Source: Candidatus Aldehydirespiratoraceae bacterium
Lineage (GTDB): Bacteria; Actinomycetota; Acidimicrobiia; Acidimicrobiales; Aldehydirespiratoraceae
Length of the DNA stretch: 64,000 nt
Assembly: GCA_965204595.1 (NCBI GenBank)
Contig: CBDBEW010000014.1
Span: 405,034-469,033, forward strand
Direction: 5' to 3'
The notes beneath the pieces were generated by a model. The model was not told the origin of the DNA. It searched no databases and saw nothing but the letters and a program-made list of their open reading frames with translations. Made by a program: the position numbers and the translations under genes. Every line of letters starts with the position of its first letter. Position 1 is the stretch's first letter. This document shows, one piece after another, positions 35,805 through 43,983 of this stretch.

Positions 35805-38800
35805 ATGCTTAGACCAGTAATCTTTATCGGATGTGGCGGCTCTGGAGAAAAAGCTGTTCGCTACGTTCGTGCAGCAGTGCAGCGAACCCTTGACCATTAC
35901 GATTGGCCCCACGGTATGCCAAACCCGTGGCAGTTCATCGGCCTAGATACCCTTACAGTGCAGGAATCACCCACAGAGATCCCAACCATCCCCTCACAAG
36001 ACTTCTTGACGCTGTCCTCAGAACACGACACCTACGCGGCACTGCACCGCTCATTAGAAGCCAATCACAACCAACACCAAGGACACCCAGAATTGTTGTG
36101 CGGCTGGTTGCCCAACCCAGATGGCGTGAGTCTTCCTCTCAAGGATGGAGCTGGCCAGAATCGTGCTATAGGTAGAGCCGCAGGACTAAGATCTCTTGAA
36201 CGCACACTATTATCGCGTCTCAAAGAAGCATTCAGAAGAGCGAGTTCTGGCGGCCAAGAACTTTACGAGGTTGGTCAGGCACTTGGGGTGGATGCTGAAC
36301 TCGGAACCGAAACTCCAGCACCCTTGGTGATGGTTTGTTCATCCATGGCAGGCGGCACGGGAGCCGGTGTTGCACTAGATGTGATCGACCTAGTACGTCG
36401 CTGTGATCCATTGGGTGCCCATCCCTCGCTAGTGCTATTTGCCAATGACATCTTTGATGTGGGGGAGAAGGTTCCGATGGCAGCAAACTCTTTGGGTTTG
36501 ATTTCAGAGCTGATGGCTGCTTATTGGTCTAGGGCAGGTGAAATCGAATCACCACTCACCACTAAAGGAGTGCAAAGCCCAGGTGCGGGGCCTCACTCTG
36601 TTTTTGTGCTAGGCAAGGTGGGTTACAGCGGCGCAGACCTCGGTAACACCAAAGACTTCTATCACGCAGTTGGTGAAGCTCTGTCGGTATGGGTTACATC
36701 AGCAGTTGTACAAGAACAGATTCACAACTTCATCAACGTCAATTGGCGCAACAATGCCAAGATCAACTTTGGTGGTTATCCCTTTGGCAAGGATGCACAG
36801 TTCGGGGCAATCTCTTCTTTCGGAGCAGCAAAAGTGACCGTGGGACGGGATCGCTTTGTGCAATGGGCACAACACAAAATTGGTAGGGAAGTGCTTGACG
36901 CATTGCTCAAAGGCCACCTTAGAGATCAATCGCTTCAGGGAAATCAGCAGACATCGCAAACAACAGATGCAGAACTCATTGCTGAGCTCGGCAAAAAATA
37001 CGCCCCAATGGTGTTTGCGGGTGCCCCACTTTGGGAAGCAGCACCCGAACAACTAGAAGGTTTTCAGGGCGCACAGCTGCGCTTTGCTTCAGATGAAAAG
37101 GTTCGCAACAAGGCGAGAGAGCTAAATAATGACTTGACAGAAACACTGGGTGGACACACCTCCAGCGGTGCTCAATGGGCGAGCGAACTCGAACTGCTCG
37201 CACGCCAACAGGTTTCTGCTATTGACCGTTCAAGCACTGCACCTGAAGATCACCAGTGGCACCAAGACATGGTGGATGCCACCTGTTTATCCGCATCGCA
37301 AGTGGCCGCAGTGTCGTCTCTAGGTGTTGCCTCAGCCGCGCTAAGAGAAGCGGTAAAGCTAAATCAAAGAGAACTAAACGACGTGCGCCGCGCGGCACAA
37401 CTTGCTGAGCACAGATACGGCGAACGTGTTGGCCAGGGCTTGGAGCAAATTCGCAACATCAATGGTCAAGCCGATAACAATCACGGCGAACTCGTGGACG
37501 GTATCAAGAGTGTTGCGCAAGGCGTGGCGTTCCGTTGGCAGTTTCAACGCCTCAACCACGTAGCAAAAGTGCTAGAACACGCCGAACGAGAGGTCTTTGG
37601 GGTTATCGCGGGTGCGCTAGATAGGGTCGTTCCCCAAGTAGGCGAAGCACTCGACAGCGATGAGGTGAATGCTTGGCCCATGCCACACACCCTTGGCGTG
37701 CCCGATCGCTACACCCCTTCAACGGTGGAATTTCCTCTCGAACATCATGACCAGTGGATGGATAATCTCGAGCTGCTCTGCCAGGAGGCTAGGGAAAGTA
37801 GAGTGCCTTATGGGGCCAGAGAAATAGATGCACTTCGTTACCGTCTCATTGCTGGCACCCCCATAGCGAGCAGCAAAGGGCAAATTCCCTCGTTGGTGCA
37901 TCGCTCGCCAACACGTTGGATATTAGGGCAATCTACTAGGGTGATCTGTCAAGCAGGCAAAGCAGATATTGAGGCCCGCGTGCATCAATGGACCAACGCT
38001 CCAGGTAGCAAGTTTAAGCGCTTCTTAGATGAAGGGTTGGCGGCTTATCTCAATGAAAGCGATCCCGATAGTGGTGAACCGCGACTAGACCACACCCAAC
38101 GACTGCAAGAGTTTAGAAGGCAACTTGGCAAAGCTAAAGAAGGTTCCAAACCGCTGGTGTCGGTAGATCAAGACCTCTATGGGGTTTGTCACCCCACGAA
38201 GAGTTTGGAACTACGCACAATTTGCTCACAGTTTCCCTTTCCCGAAGGCCACGCAGCGAGCGAAGATGCCAAGGGCATCGTCGGTGAAGCTGCCTACAGT
38301 ATTAGCAGCACCGACACGACCTCGATTCTGGTTTCGCAATACTTAGGTAATCCTGTTCATCCCATGGTGGTGCGCTCCATCACAGAGCCACTTAATGAAG
38401 CGATCGCAGTAACAGAAGACCCCGTTGAACGCTCGTCGTCATTTTGGATGTGGCGGCGCGCCAGGCGTCTTGATGGCTTTATACCGTTGCCGAGGACGGT
38501 GCTTGAAGCAGTTGTAAGGGGTTTTGCCGTGGCCAGACTTTGTGGCTACATCACCGCAGATGCTAGCAAACCAATGTGCATCAGTGCAGCCCCTGATGAG
38601 GTGGAGTTCCCGTTTCCATGTCTGAGTAGGTTGCGTCATCCCAACGATGTCTTAGCAGGTCTGCTTGAGAGCTTCTCGTTGACATATGGCTTAGTTGGAG
38701 GTGAAGGAATAGCGGCCTTTGAAGGATACAGGCGGCTTCATGGGTTAGGTGAGCCTATCGAACGCAAACAACTACCTAGAGACCTAGAAAATTTGCTCAA

Positions 38801-39083
38801 CACAGGATTACCAACATACGCCGCGGTAGCTGGGGAGGAAGCGAAAGTTATTGGTAGCACTCTCGACGAACGTCAAAGTCGTGCCATGTCCTATTTAGAA
38901 GCAAATGTGCAATGGTTTTGGGATAAGAAAACCAATCGTGGCGAGCGCATCCATCATCGCAATCAAAACGGTCTTGCTGAAGAAGGTGTGCCGACAATGG
39001 AAATGGCCGACGTGTTTGCTCGCTGCTACAGCCAACTCCTTGAACTTCTGGCGGCGAGAGGCTCAAAAGGCAGCGTGGTATGA
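35805..39083 (+). CDS. tubulin/FtsZ-like GTPase, large form (Tubulin_2-type, 1092 aa; cassette gene C)
   Basis: N-terminal VIFIGCGGSGEKAV (T1-like loop, 35829-35846). DGAGQNRAIGRAAG segment. LVMVCSSMAGGTGAGVALDVIDLVR (tubulin signature-like T4 loop, GGTGAG at 36351-36368). ANSLGLISELMAAY segment. About 750 aa of C-terminal sequence is unassigned. Confidence 0.75.
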   Translation: MLRPVIFIGCGGSGEKAVRYVRAAVQRTLDHYDWPHGMPNPWQFIGLDTLTVQESPTEIPTIPSQDFLTLSSEHDTYAALHRSLEANHNQHQGHPELLCGWLPNPDGVSLPLKDGAGQNRAIGRAAGLRSLERTLLSRLKEAFRRASSGGQELYEVGQALGVDAELGTETPAPLVMVCSSMAGGTGAGVALDVIDLVRRCDPLGAHPSLVLFANDIFDVGEKVPMAANSLGLISELMAAYWSRAGEIESPLTTKGVQSPGAGPHSVFVLGKVGYSGADLGNTKDFYHAVGEALSVWVTSAVVQEQIHNFINVNWRNNAKINFGGYPFGKDAQFGAISSFGAAKVTVGRDRFVQWAQHKIGREVLDALLKGHLRDQSLQGNQQTSQTTDAELIAELGKKYAPMVFAGAPLWEAAPEQLEGFQGAQLRFASDEKVRNKARELNNDLTETLGGHTSSGAQWASELELLARQQVSAIDRSSTAPEDHQWHQDMVDATCLSASQVAAVSSLGVASAALREAVKLNQRELNDVRRAAQLAEHRYGERVGQGLEQIRNINGQADNNHGELVDGIKSVAQGVAFRWQFQRLNHVAKVLEHAEREVFGVIAGALDRVVPQVGEALDSDEVNAWPMPHTLGVPDRYTPSTVEFPLEHHDQWMDNLELLCQEARESRVPYGAREIDALRYRLIAGTPIASSKGQIPSLVHRSPTRWILGQSTRVICQAGKADIEARVHQWTNAPGSKFKRFLDEGLAAYLNESDPDSGEPRLDHTQRLQEFRRQLGKAKEGSKPLVSVDQDLYGVCHPTKSLELRTICSQFPFPEGHAASEDAKGIVGEAAYSISSTDTTSILVSQYLGNPVHPMVVRSITEPLNEAIAVTEDPVERSSSFWMWRRARRLDGFIPLPRTVLEAVVRGFAVARLCGYITADASKPMCISAAPDEVEFPFPCLSRLRHPNDVLAGLLESFSLTYGLVGGEGIAAFEGYRRLHGLGEPIERKQLPRDLENLLNTGLPTYAAVAGEEAKVIGSTLDERQSRAMSYLEANVQWFWDKKTNRGERIHHRNQNGLAEEGVPTMEMADVFARCYSQLLELLAARGSKGSVV

Positions 39084-41677
39084 GTTCCGCTGCGCGTTTA
39101 GTGATATTAATGTCGGCTGACCCCGCTGAATTCACTGCGCCCCTCAACGACAACCTCGCTGATTGGTGTGAATCTGGCCTGCTAGGGGAGGTGGTGTGGC
39201 TTTGCGCGCAAGACCTAGCAACTCATCTTCACAATGCAGAGTGTTGGACAAATCACAACCAAACTTGGCAAAAGACAACCCTCGCCGCGGCCATGTCGCA
39301 GCAGTTCTTTGGTGAGGTGTGGTTAGCTGCGCTGAGACACCCTCACGCCACAAACGACCCCACGCTAAAAGAAACTGCTCGCCACACCGAAGAACAAGCC
39401 CACTCAATATTGGGCCAAATGGTTGGCACCGACAGCAATTTTCGATCATTCACCGTCAAAATTGCACGAGAAACGGCCACAAGCACCGCTCAAGACTGTA
39501 CCCCTGCCTGGGACTTCCACCTCATTCATGATGCGATGGTGGCAACGCACTCAAACCTCCCCAAAGTGGGTGCGTCGGCAAGTTCACCACTAAGCCTCTG
39601 CGCGATCGTGGCGCTATGTGCAGCGAGTGGTTGGTACAACGTAGACACATCAATCAATATCGGTTCAGATGTGGCTGATGGCGTGTTCAAACCAGTGCGT
39701 TTTGTGCGCTGTCAGTTGAGAGTTTTACACACGCCGCTGATTTTGGGATTCGCAATACCTTCTGCAACTCCCACGGCACCACCATGGCCACTACCTCAAG
39801 TCGACAATGTGCAAAGAGCACACCCTGATGCAGTGCCTCCGCTATCGCTAGCTACCAACTTAGCGCAGCAAAGTGGACTGGTTTGTCGCCAACCACCAAC
39901 TGTGCCAAAGGCGGGCCGCAAGTATGAGTTTGCAAGATTGTGGAAGAAATTTGCTGGTTCCATACCGGCCATTCCTGCTGTCTCAAAATATGAACAAGCA
40001 CTGCACAGGTTCGCAGATCGCACTGGGGGAACTAGCCAAGAAAGTACAACTAAAGCTGTGCTTCAACTAGTTGACATCAGCGACTTTCCAGACCTAGTGT
40101 TACAGGTGCGACGCAGCGATTTTCCTCCTGTACTCGACCCGTCAAATGCTTTCATAGAAGCTGAGGATTCTTGGAAAAATGTGCGTGACGTAATGTTTGG
40201 CCTTGTTGATGGATCCGAACTAATCGCCAAGGTCAAACATCCAGTAGACGAAACAGTCAAAGACCCACCTCGGCTACTCTGGACCGATCCACGCGGCTTG
40301 GCACCTGAACAATCTCCTCTTGACGCAACTGATGTCTGGCCAGTTTCTAAAACTGATGAAGTTCAAGAAGAGAAACTCGTAGGGGATACGAACAAACGTT
40401 CAACAAAGTTGCAGCACAAAGACACACTAATGGAACGCCTTACAGAAACGCTGCGCCAGGCGATTGCGCAAGCACAGCAAAACTTTATCGATAACTGCGT
40501 CATCGCCTCAGTTGACGATCACTATGATCAAGCTAAGTCCAGCCAAAGAAAAGCTCGGCTTGTGGGTGCGGTTTTGTCGGTAGCGATTTTCATTTCCTTG
40601 CTGCTAATGCTTGATCAACGCATGCCTACCCTTGCTGGTGTTATTGAGGGCATAACCCCGTTTGGTGCTCTACGAAGAGACTGGGGGATTGGTTTCTACA
40701 TCATCATATTGTTAGCACTACTTGGTGGGCTGATCTGGTTTGGCAAGTTGTTTGATCAAATGTTAGAAGCGCGCCACCAACTTGAAGCGATTTACGCACA
40801 ACGCCATCGACTGGGCATTTATAGCTCTCACTATGCAGCAGAGCTTTTGCGACTGTGGGGGGTAGGGCAGCAGTACGCCGATCATCGGCTAATCATCACA
40901 GAATTCTTGCATCGTCCATTCGGCAATCTTGTAGCTAATGACAGAACTACTTTGAATGCCGCAGAGTTGCCATTCCGACAAGACCCCCCAGCGGCGATGC
41001 TGGTGACCCACGCAGATGTGAACCCCAGGAAAATCCCAGACATCCATCGTCACGGTCAAAGAACAGCAGTGGCACCTAAATGGCTCAATGAGGCATATGG
41101 CCGTGTGTACTCTATTTGGAAACAATCGTTCCAAAAGAGAGTGGTTGGAGAGTTTCTAGACCCCGACCACGACATTACCGCGCGCAATACCGTAATTCAC
41201 AAGAATCGTCGTGATGGTAGCGACTTGTTTGGTGCGCGCACAGAATTTTCGACCGCTGTTGTTGGAGCATTCGGACTTGCAGAAACGGGGTGGGCTTTGC
41301 GACAAGCAAGCGATGAGCGCACCATAACCTTGTTAGAACAACATCGTGATAACCCCGAAGAATTTCTAGCAGCATTTGGCAATATTAGAACTGTACATGG
41401 TGCTTATCCAGGCATTAGCGCGGAGGAGTTTTTTAGGTTCTCTCATTCACAACACGACTTGACTTGGCGTTCTCTGCTTGCTGCTAACACTGAAGCACCG
41501 GAGGTAAGAAAATTTACAAGCAAAATCGGCATCGTTCCGACAGTTGCAGACAAGCGATCATTAATTTTGGCTTGGCAAATGGTTATTTCTGATCCAGTAC
41601 GTCCTCAAGACCAAGCGGGTTGGCGAAAAGACACCACAGAACAACACCTACCTACCACACATGAATCGATTGTGTGA
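39080..41677 (+). CDS. large two-TM protein of unknown function (cassette gene D, 865 aa)
   Basis: ATGA overlap with gene C. TM hairpin LVGAVLSVAIFISLLLML and IGFYIIILLALLGGLIWFG (about 40562-40745) lies between two large soluble regions. No motif recognised. Confidence 0.7.
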   Translation: MSSAARLVILMSADPAEFTAPLNDNLADWCESGLLGEVVWLCAQDLATHLHNAECWTNHNQTWQKTTLAAAMSQQFFGEVWLAALRHPHATNDPTLKETARHTEEQAHSILGQMVGTDSNFRSFTVKIARETATSTAQDCTPAWDFHLIHDAMVATHSNLPKVGASASSPLSLCAIVALCAASGWYNVDTSINIGSDVADGVFKPVRFVRCQLRVLHTPLILGFAIPSATPTAPPWPLPQVDNVQRAHPDAVPPLSLATNLAQQSGLVCRQPPTVPKAGRKYEFARLWKKFAGSIPAIPAVSKYEQALHRFADRTGGTSQESTTKAVLQLVDISDFPDLVLQVRRSDFPPVLDPSNAFIEAEDSWKNVRDVMFGLVDGSELIAKVKHPVDETVKDPPRLLWTDPRGLAPEQSPLDATDVWPVSKTDEVQEEKLVGDTNKRSTKLQHKDTLMERLTETLRQAIAQAQQNFIDNCVIASVDDHYDQAKSSQRKARLVGAVLSVAIFISLLLMLDQRMPTLAGVIEGITPFGALRRDWGIGFYIIILLALLGGLIWFGKLFDQMLEARHQLEAIYAQRHRLGIYSSHYAAELLRLWGVGQQYADHRLIITEFLHRPFGNLVANDRTTLNAAELPFRQDPPAAMLVTHADVNPRKIPDIHRHGQRTAVAPKWLNEAYGRVYSIWKQSFQKRVVGEFLDPDHDITARNTVIHKNRRDGSDLFGARTEFSTAVVGAFGLAETGWALRQASDERTITLLEQHRDNPEEFLAAFGNIRTVHGAYPGISAEEFFRFSHSQHDLTWRSLLAANTEAPEVRKFTSKIGIVPTVADKRSLILAWQMVISDPVRPQDQAGWRKDTTEQHLPTTHESIV

Positions 41678-41718
41678 TATTGGTATAGGGGTAGGCACGA
41701 GCTTGACTTGATATCCAA

Positions 41719-41746
41719 ACTTGACATAACATATATTTCAGGCGTT
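41719..41746 (-). other. candidate dif (XerC/XerD) site, overlapping a 9-bp inverted repeat
   Basis: The - strand reads AACGCCTGAAA-TATATG-TTATGTCAAGT. The right arm fits the generic XerD arm TTATGTnAAnT (9/11 to E. coli TTATGTTAAAT). TGACATAAC (41722-41730) and GTTATGTCA (41744-41752) are perfect inverted copies. Confidence 0.4.
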
Positions 41747-41812
41747 ATGTCACCCCAAACGTTTCAAAGCAAATCGTGCTGTGGTGTATGCGCTAGGCGT
41801 TTGGGGGTGCTA

Positions 41813-43096
41813 GTGTTGTTGTTTGTGTCACGGAGATTAGAGATAGAACTAACGTCTGACCGCACCGACGGCCAATGGACTTGGCGCGCTGCTGGTGCCA
41901 AGAAACCCAAAGGTCTAGTTGATGCCAAGTTGCTGCCAGAGAAGGTTCAAGTTGGTGATGTATTACGTGTTGAAGCGAATGCAAGCCTTGATGGATTAGA
42001 GATCATCACCGTGCTGCCGTCTCGTTTATCAAAGCCCAAAGACAAAATATTGCAACTGATCGGCTCAGCTCCAGAAGAGTCATTAGTAATGTCAACGACA
42101 GCAACCAAAACTCGCTCAAAGAACTCGAAAGGTAGTAAGAAAGAGCGATCTGAACGCCCGCAAAACAGCAACGCAGAAGTTGTGCAGAATAAAAAGAAGA
42201 GAAACAAACGCGCCCAAGACGACCGAAGTAAGCAAGTAGACAAACTCAAAAAACGTAACAACAACCAAAAACGCAGATCATCGTTAACGAAAACTTCTAA
42301 AACACGTCGCTTACGCCCCAACAACAAACATCGGCTCGCTGCATTAGAAGCACTGCCCAAAATTCAACAAGAACTCGCTAGTGAGGTGATGAGAAGAGGC
42401 GTTGCTGGCGTGCGTGAAAGCATTGAAAGGATGAATGCTCTCGCCAAAGATGAAGGCATCCCTCAAGTCAAGTCGGAACCCCTTGTTGCCTTAGCCGAGC
42501 AACTGGCACCGATCATGAAGGCCGCAGAATGGCGAGACCGTGCCGAAGCAGTTTACGCCAATCTCGAAACTGTTGATCTAAAAGACTTGCGTACCGTGGT
42601 GGTTGCTGCTGACAGTGCAGCGCGAGACGAAGAATCCAAAGCTCTGGCTAAAAAAATCCAGGAGGGGCTAACAACTCGGGTGGAACGCGAACATCGAGCC
42701 TGGCTCAACGAAATCGTTAATCACCTCACCGATGGGCGTACGGTTCTGGCTTTAACGCGCAGTAGCCGTCCGCCCAAAGCAGGTGCACCATTGCCAATAG
42801 ACGTGTCCGAGCGGTTAACTAAAGCAGCGGTGGCTTCGCTCACTAGCGATACCGCAGCCAAACGCTGGGCCACTGTGTTAGAGGCACTAGCTTATTCGCC
42901 AGTTCGATCCTTAGTTACGCCACAAAGCTGCATCGAAAAACCGAGTGAAGAGTTGCTAGCCACTATCAAAAGGTTGTCGCCCAAGATTCCTCAAATTGCC
43001 TCACTTTTTGGAATTGAAGATAAGAGCAAATCGCTGGCATCTGTAAAAGTCCGGCCTCAGCCCCCACCTCCACCACAACAAACCTCACAAAGCTAG
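41813..43096 (+). CDS. hypothetical protein with a Lys/Arg-rich linker and Pro-rich C-terminus
   Basis: Conserved-looking N-terminal beta-rich segment RLEIELTSDRTDGQWTWRAAGAKKPKG...VGDVLRVEA. K/R-rich stretch (about 42100-42340) and a helical C-terminal domain. Start uncertain: GTG at 41813 or 41825 after GGGGG. The track start at 41708 would run through the dif-like site. Confidence 0.5.
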   Translation: MLLFVSRRLEIELTSDRTDGQWTWRAAGAKKPKGLVDAKLLPEKVQVGDVLRVEANASLDGLEIITVLPSRLSKPKDKILQLIGSAPEESLVMSTTATKTRSKNSKGSKKERSERPQNSNAEVVQNKKKRNKRAQDDRSKQVDKLKKRNNNQKRRSSLTKTSKTRRLRPNNKHRLAALEALPKIQQELASEVMRRGVAGVRESIERMNALAKDEGIPQVKSEPLVALAEQLAPIMKAAEWRDRAEAVYANLETVDLKDLRTVVVAADSAARDEESKALAKKIQEGLTTRVEREHRAWLNEIVNHLTDGRTVLALTRSSRPPKAGAPLPIDVSERLTKAAVASLTSDTAAKRWATVLEALAYSPVRSLVTPQSCIEKPSEELLATIKRLSPKIPQIASLFGIEDKSKSLASVKVRPQPPPPPQQTSQS

Positions 43097-43117
43097 TGGT
43101 GGTGCTCTTTGGCGATC

Positions 43118-43588
43118 TTAATCTTCCCGCAGCGAACGATGCACGCAGATAGCTCTAGCAACTAAACCAAAGGTCTCAAAAAAGTTCTTAGTGGCACGAT
43201 CTCCTGGTAACGCTAGAGAATCAATCCCGACACATTCTTGCTCGCGACACCAATCCTCCACGAAGTTGATCAATGTCTCACCGCAGCCAACCCCACGAGC
43301 TTGGGGTAAAACAAAAATCTCGCTGAGGCGACCAAGTATGTTGGAATCGTGCAGTTTCACCAATTCTACTGAGGCATAACCAACAATCACATCGTCAATT
43401 AAACTCACCGCCAACAAGCCAAAATCGCATGTAGCGCGTAAACTCTCTTCAAACGGTGGAGTGCGAGCTTCTAGCACCGACCAAACCGCACCACCACGAT
43501 GAGGAGTTAGTTCGGCAATAGCAGCGGCACACAAATCGGCGACCACCACTAAATCTGATTCTTGGGCACAACGGGCATCAATTTGCAT
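43118..43588 (-). CDS. GNAT-family acetyltransferase
   Basis: Motif A VLPQARGVGCGETLINFVEDW. Confidence 0.65.
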   Translation of the reverse strand: MQIDARCAQESDLVVVADLCAAAIAELTPHRGGAVWSVLEARTPPFEESLRATCDFGLLAVSLIDDVIVGYASVELVKLHDSNILGRLSEIFVLPQARGVGCGETLINFVEDWCREQECVGIDSLALPGDRATKNFFETFGLVARAICVHRSLRED

Positions 43589-43596
43589 AGCAAATC

Positions 43597-43983
43597 TTAG
43601 GGTTGCGAATCGCTTGAGAGTAGTTGGTTAATGCGGTTTATAACAGTTTGACGGTTGCGATGAGCCTTCTCGTAGCGCAGCACCACTTGGAGTTGAGATT
43701 GAGACAGCGGTGCCAACCTCTCTAGCAAGTCTGCTGCTAAGTAACTGTCGTAGTTAGCTATCGGCAAAGTTGATGTGGTGGTGGCACTCTTGTGCTTGTT
43801 GGCAACCTTACTCGCGAAACGCAGCAGTGCGACCTGTCCCCTACCACGCTCAACGAGTTTTGGAAGTAGGTCTCGTGCCTCTAAAGCTAAGCCTAGGGGT
43901 GCATAAATCAAGAGATCAGATAGCTGCTCAATCAGGTTTTCTGGCTCACCCGCAGCATCGTTGTGGTCACGATGTTGATTCAT
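43597..43983 (-). CDS. conserved hypothetical protein (128 aa)
   Basis: Start set at the ATG at 43983, which forms an ATGA overlap with the upstream stop. The C-terminus ...LSQSQLQVVLRYEKAHRNRQTVINRINQLL looks like a conserved helical module. Confidence 0.5.
   Translation of the reverse strand: MNQHRDHNDAAGEPENLIEQLSDLLIYAPLGLALEARDLLPKLVERGRGQVALLRFASKVANKHKSATTTSTLPIANYDSYLAADLLERLAPLSQSQLQVVLRYEKAHRNRQTVINRINQLLSSDSQP

Noticed and set aside
41708-41812. Track start (TTG at 41708) for the K/R-rich protein, giving MISKLDITYISGVMSPQTFQSKSCCGVC...
   Set aside because: It would translate through the dif-like inverted repeat and a promoter-like TTGACT-N18-TAACAT. The protein-like sequence begins only at ...RRLEIELT. 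The start remains uncertain.
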